This document shows positions 59,751-64,000 of a DNA stretch of 64,000 nucleotides, in pieces. Origin of the DNA: Thermoplasmata archaeon (GTDB lineage: Archaea; Thermoplasmatota; Thermoplasmata; Thermoplasmatales; ARK-15). The first letter of the stretch is position 1, and the number at the start of each line of letters is the position of its first letter. The stretch lies in contig JBAMMA010000001.1 in NCBI GenBank assembly GCA_039794005.1, forward strand, positions 64,001-128,000. Reading direction: 5' to 3'. The notes beneath the pieces are model-generated. The model was not told where the DNA came from and did not search any database. It saw only the letters and a list, made by a program, of their open reading frames with translations. Both the position numbers and the translations under genes were made by a program.

Positions 59751-61751
59751 ATGGAAATCAAGAATATCGCCGTTATAGGATCTGGGGAGATGGGGCACGG
59801 TATAGCTGAGGTTTTTGCAATAAAAGGATATTCAGTCAACTTAGAGGATATTTCTGAGGAAATTCTAAAGAAAGCAAAGGATCAAATATTCGAAAGCCTA
59901 AAAAAGCTGGAAGAAAAGGGAAAACTAGGAAAGGAAAAGGCCGAGGATGTTTTGTCCAGAATAAATTTTACAACGAATTTCCAGGATGCTGTAAAGGATG
60001 CAGATTTGGTAATAGAGGCCGTACCTGAAAAGGAAGATTTAAAGAAAAAAATCTTTGCCGATTTAGAAAAATATACCAGAAATGACGCTATTTTAACAAG
60101 CAACACATCTAATATTAGAATAACGGATATTGCAAAAGATCTAAAATATAAAGATAGAGTTGCAGGTCTACATTTTTTCAATCCACCGGTAATGATGAAA
60201 TTGGTGGAGGTAATTAAAGGAGAAGAAACATCTGAAAATACAATTAATACTTTAATGGATATTGTAAAGAAAATAGATAAAACACCAGTAAGAGTAAATA
60301 AAGATTCACCGGGATTTATAGTTAATAGAATCAATGCTCCTGACATGTTATTTTTCTGCCTTTTAATTGAAAATAATGTTGCAACACCGGAAGAAATAGA
60401 TGCATTTGCTAAAATGCAAGGATTACCAATGGGACCTTATGAATTAATAGATTATGTTGGAATAGATGTTGTATACCATTCAATGGAATATTATGCAAGA
60501 ACATTGAATCCAGATTATGCAAAATGCAATGTCTATAAAGATCTTTATTCGAAGGGATATCTGGGAAAGAAGACTGGAAGAGGATTTTATGATTGGTCAC
60601 AGGGAAGGCCAAAGATCGATACAAATAAAGCCACGGACAAAGTGAGCTTATTAGATTTATTTGCAATAGAAATTAATGAAGCTGTTAAGTTAATTGAAGA
60701 GGATGTTGCGAATCCAGAAGATATTGAAACGGCTGTAAAATTGGGTTTGAACAGGCCTTTTGGTCCAATTTCAGTTGCAAAAAGTTTAACAAATGCTGAA
60801 GTAAAAGAAAAGCTTGAAGAGTTGGCTAATAGGTTTAAAAATTCCGTTTTTGAACCAGCAGAAACAATAAAGCAGGGAAAGATGAGGGATGCCATAGACG
60901 GTTTATTAAAAAAGGAAAAGAAAAAGGAAACAACGGGTATTTCAATAGCTCAGGTAAAAGAGGAAACTAAATCCAAACAGGAGTATTCCACCATCATATT
61001 AGAAAAATACCCATTTAAAGTGGCAAAAATAATTTTAAACAGACCTAAGAATAACACAATTACAGGGGAGCTTCTAGATGAATTAGAAAATGCAATAAGA
61101 TCATTATGGAATGATCCTGAGGTAAATGTAATAGTTATTGCCGGTTCAGGTGAGAGGTTTTCTGCAGGTGCAGAGTTGTCCCAGTATTTCCCAAGCAGTT
61201 TTTCATTTTTGGAGTTTTCGAGGAAAGGAGAAAGGGTTTTCAGGCTCTTATCAGAAATACCAAAAATAACCATCGCATCCATAAAAGGCGTTGCTTTGGG
61301 TGGTGGATTTGAACTCGCAATATCATGCGATCTAAGGGTAAGTAGTCCAGATGCACAGCTTGGATTTCCAGAAGTTACCTTGGGTTTGATTCCAGCATGG
61401 GGAGGAAGCAACAGACTGGCAAAATTGATAGGGATTTCTAGAGCGATGGATTTAATAATCACAGGTAGAAGGATTAATGGAAAAGATGCATATGAATGGG
61501 GGATCGTTAACAGACTTTCTGACAATCCGGATGAGGAATCGATGAATCTAGCAAAATCAATAGCTGAAAATTCTGCACCAATTTCAGCTGCTTTGGCTAA
61601 AAGAATAATAAATAAAGGAACTGAAATTCCAATGGATGTAGGCCTTGAAATGGAATCAATTGCAGCGGGTCTCGTATTTTCCACTGAAGATTTGAAGGAA
61701 GGTATATCATCATTTTTGCAGAAAAAGAAACCCGAATACAAGGGTAGGTGA
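59751..61751 (+). CDS. 3-hydroxyacyl-CoA dehydrogenase/enoyl-CoA hydratase fusion
   Basis: GSGEMGHGIA, IEAVPE, SNTS, LHFFNP, GFIVNR; crotonase FSAGA, GGGFELA, PEVTLG. Confidence 0.93.
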   Translation: MEIKNIAVIGSGEMGHGIAEVFAIKGYSVNLEDISEEILKKAKDQIFESLKKLEEKGKLGKEKAEDVLSRINFTTNFQDAVKDADLVIEAVPEKEDLKKKIFADLEKYTRNDAILTSNTSNIRITDIAKDLKYKDRVAGLHFFNPPVMMKLVEVIKGEETSENTINTLMDIVKKIDKTPVRVNKDSPGFIVNRINAPDMLFFCLLIENNVATPEEIDAFAKMQGLPMGPYELIDYVGIDVVYHSMEYYARTLNPDYAKCNVYKDLYSKGYLGKKTGRGFYDWSQGRPKIDTNKATDKVSLLDLFAIEINEAVKLIEEDVANPEDIETAVKLGLNRPFGPISVAKSLTNAEVKEKLEELANRFKNSVFEPAETIKQGKMRDAIDGLLKKEKKKETTGISIAQVKEETKSKQEYSTIILEKYPFKVAKIILNRPKNNTITGELLDELENAIRSLWNDPEVNVIVIAGSGERFSAGAELSQYFPSSFSFLEFSRKGERVFRLLSEIPKITIASIKGVALGGGFELAISCDLRVSSPDAQLGFPEVTLGLIPAWGGSNRLAKLIGISRAMDLIITGRRINGKDAYEWGIVNRLSDNPDEESMNLAKSIAENSAPISAALAKRIINKGTEIPMDVGLEMESIAAGLVFSTEDLKEGISSFLQKKKPEYKGR

Positions 61752-61755
61752 AACC

Positions 61756-62940
61756 ATGCGCGATGTATATATAGTAGACTTTTTAAGATCAGCATTCTCA
61801 AGATCCAGGCCAAACGAACCATCAAGGGATGTTTTCAATTCCATAAGAATGGATGAAGTCGTCGCAATGCTATTAAAGGAAATGATAAAAAGAAATAATA
61901 TAGATCCTCTCAGGATTGGTGATGTAATAACGGGATGTGCACTACAGGCTGACGAAAATTGGCTTTATGGTGGAAGACATCCTATATTTTTGGCAAATCT
62001 TCCAGTGGAAGTACCTGCGATGGCAGTAGATAGGGCATGTTCATCATCAATGGTAACTGCAGCAATCGGTTCATGGGAAATAATGACTGGTAATTCAGAT
62101 ATTGTATTTGCCGGTGGAATGGAGCATATGACACACGTTCCATTGAATAATAATCCGCATGTAGCACCTAATTATAAGTTGTTGGTGAGACCAGAATACA
62201 TGAAATATAAGATGAACATAGGATATAGTATGGGTTTAACAGCGGAGGAACTAGCAAAGGTATCGGGAATAACGAAGGATGAAATGGATGAATTTTCATA
62301 CAGAAGTCATATTCTAGCATCCAAAGCTTTACAGGATGGATACTTTAAAGGGGAGATATTGCCCATAAAGGTTGAATATAATGGACAGATGATAACTGTT
62401 GATAAAGATCAGAGCATAAGACCTGATACCACATTGGAGCAGATAAAAAATCTCCCACCAGCGTTTAAACCTGACGGTGTTATAACGGCAGGAAACTCAT
62501 CACCATTGAATGCCGGTGCATCAATGTTAATGTTAATGGATGAAAAAACCATGGATGAATATTCGCTTAAACCATTGGCAAGGATAGTTAGCTTTGGATG
62601 GGCAGGTGTTCATCCAGCAATAATGGGAGAGGGACCAGTTCCCGCAAGTAAAAAAGCATTGGAGAGGGCCAAATTAAAGGTAGAAGATATCGATTATTGG
62701 GAAATAAATGAGGCTTTTGCAGTAGTTCCATTGAATGCGATTAAAAAATTAAACATCGATATAAATAGGGTAAATATACATGGAGGAGGAATATCAATAG
62801 GCCATCCATTGGGGGCATCTGGAGCCAGGATAATAGGAACATTGTCTAGGATATTAAAGGAGAATAATGGCCATTATGGGGTTGCAACGTTATGTGTGGG
62901 TGGTGGCCAAGGATATGCCACCGTCATTGAAAGGGTGTGA
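61756..62940 (+). CDS. Acetyl-CoA C-acyltransferase (thiolase)
   Basis: RACSSS, TAGNSS, EINEAFA, GHPLGASG, LCVGGG. Confidence 0.95.
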   Translation: MRDVYIVDFLRSAFSRSRPNEPSRDVFNSIRMDEVVAMLLKEMIKRNNIDPLRIGDVITGCALQADENWLYGGRHPIFLANLPVEVPAMAVDRACSSSMVTAAIGSWEIMTGNSDIVFAGGMEHMTHVPLNNNPHVAPNYKLLVRPEYMKYKMNIGYSMGLTAEELAKVSGITKDEMDEFSYRSHILASKALQDGYFKGEILPIKVEYNGQMITVDKDQSIRPDTTLEQIKNLPPAFKPDGVITAGNSSPLNAGASMLMLMDEKTMDEYSLKPLARIVSFGWAGVHPAIMGEGPVPASKKALERAKLKVEDIDYWEINEAFAVVPLNAIKKLNIDINRVNIHGGGISIGHPLGASGARIIGTLSRILKENNGHYGVATLCVGGGQGYATVIERV

Positions 62941-62945
62941 TATAT

Positions 62946-64000
62946 ATGGATTTTGATTTACCGCCAGAAATATTGGAAAAAAAGAAAAAAGTGAGGGAAT
63001 TTGCCTTGAAAAATTTTGATATGGAAAAGGCAAAATATTACGATCTAAATGAAAAGTTCCCATTTGAAATTAGAAAAAAGGCACTTGAAGAAGGTATAAT
63101 TGAATATGACCCATGGGCACTTTTAGTTACTATAGAAGAACTATTTAGGGTAGATCCAGGAATGGGTTTTTCAGTATTTTCACCATTTTTTGGAAATGAG
63201 AACATAATGTTATTAGGAACAGATTATCAAAAGAAGAAATATCTTGAGCCAGTACTGAGGGGAGAAAAGATAATGGGATTTGCTGTAACCGAGCCTGTAG
63301 CCGGAAGCGATGTGGCAGGAATTCAGAGCAGAATAGAAAAAAAGGACGGCAAATGGATACTTAATGGGAATAAAATGTTTATAACAAATGGTTCCATTGC
63401 TGATTTCCTTGTTGTTCTGGCAAGGAATGGCCCACCCCCTTCACAGGAAAAAAGGCATCATAACATGACATTTTCAATAGTTGAAATGAACTGGAAAGGT
63501 GTATCAAGAAATAAATTGACAGGTAAAATGGGTATGAGGGCATCAGATACGGCAGAAATAATATTCGAAAATGTAGAAGTACCTGAAGAGAATATTTTAG
63601 GCGAAGTAGGAAAAGGATTTTACATAGCCATGCAATTCTTTAACATATCGAGAATTTATGTTGCAGCAATGGCATTGGGTATTGCTCAAGGTGCTCTTGA
63701 CAGATTATTGAATAGAGCGTACAATGATAAAGAATTTTCATCAAACGAGCATGTACAATTTACAATTGCAGAAGTTGCAACAAGAATAGAAGCTGCAAGG
63801 CTATTAACTTATAAAGCTGCAACATATCTGTTCCAAATGAATCCGGATCCAGTTCTCACAAGTATGGCTAAATATTACGCAGCTGAGACTGGGACATATG
63901 CAACAGAGAGGGCATTATCATTATTAGGACTTGACGGTGCATTGACTGAGCTAGAAAGAATTTTTAGAGATGCAAAAATAAATGAAATTTGGGAAGGGTC
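62946..64000 (+). CDS. Acyl-CoA dehydrogenase (truncated by window end; not in ORF track)
   Basis: ATG 62946 MDFDLPPE..; FAVTEPVAGSD, LNGNKMFITNG, KMGMRASDT, FFRDAKINEIWEG. Confidence 0.93.
   Translation, partial: MDFDLPPEILEKKKKVREFALKNFDMEKAKYYDLNEKFPFEIRKKALEEGIIEYDPWALLVTIEELFRVDPGMGFSVFSPFFGNENIMLLGTDYQKKKYLEPVLRGEKIMGFAVTEPVAGSDVAGIQSRIEKKDGKWILNGNKMFITNGSIADFLVVLARNGPPPSQEKRHHNMTFSIVEMNWKGVSRNKLTGKMGMRASDTAEIIFENVEVPEENILGEVGKGFYIAMQFFNISRIYVAAMALGIAQGALDRLLNRAYNDKEFSSNEHVQFTIAEVATRIEAARLLTYKAATYLFQMNPDPVLTSMAKYYAAETGTYATERALSLLGLDGALTELERIFRDAKINEIWEG

Noticed and set aside
60950-61825. 291-aa antisense ORF, and the many other short antisense ORFs in the track
   Set aside because: They lie opposite well-supported genes, have Ser/Ile/Phe-rich shadow composition and show no motifs.
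1-64000. Genome-wide TAG recoding (pyrrolysine code)
   Set aside because: TAG ends genes at expected C-termini (cobO 7680, cysS 20210, truA 36194, hemD 47789). Only one internal TAG was noticed and no pyl genes are in the window.
1-64000. CRISPR array or cas genes
   Set aside because: No regularly spaced direct repeats and no cas motifs were seen; the only RuvC-like relic is the decayed TnpB.

Overview
This is a very AT-rich, gene-dense archaeal chromosomal segment. Archaeal markers include Cdc6/Orc1, Nob1, RaSEA, a Trm5/Taw2-family enzyme, ApgM and GGTGA Shine-Dalgarno sites. The gene content suggests class Thermoplasmata, probably outside Thermoplasma proper because it carries AcnX-type phosphomevalonate dehydratase (inference). 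Most of it is housekeeping: tRNA-Ser(GGA), tRNA-Cys(GCA), cysS-folC-hflX-cdc6, Lhr, a complete divergent Ahb-type heme biosynthesis cluster, sufCBD, icd, pckG, a Pho84/PhoU pair and a beta-oxidation operon cut by the window end. No CRISPR array, rRNA or intact mobile element was seen; there is one decayed TnpB next to tRNA-Ser. The observations most worth following up are: (1) an AcnX small subunit fused to a Nudix domain, possibly linking the archaeal mevalonate pathway to prenyl-phosphate/prFMN supply; (2) an unannotated 58-aa ORF with a triple TATGAC palindromic operator over its promoter; (3) two KaiC/GvpD-like ATPase signalling modules; (4) an internal SD+ATG in a Kch-type K+ channel; (5) an in-frame TAG in an MFS gene. 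All functional calls come from motif recognition by eye; no searches were run.
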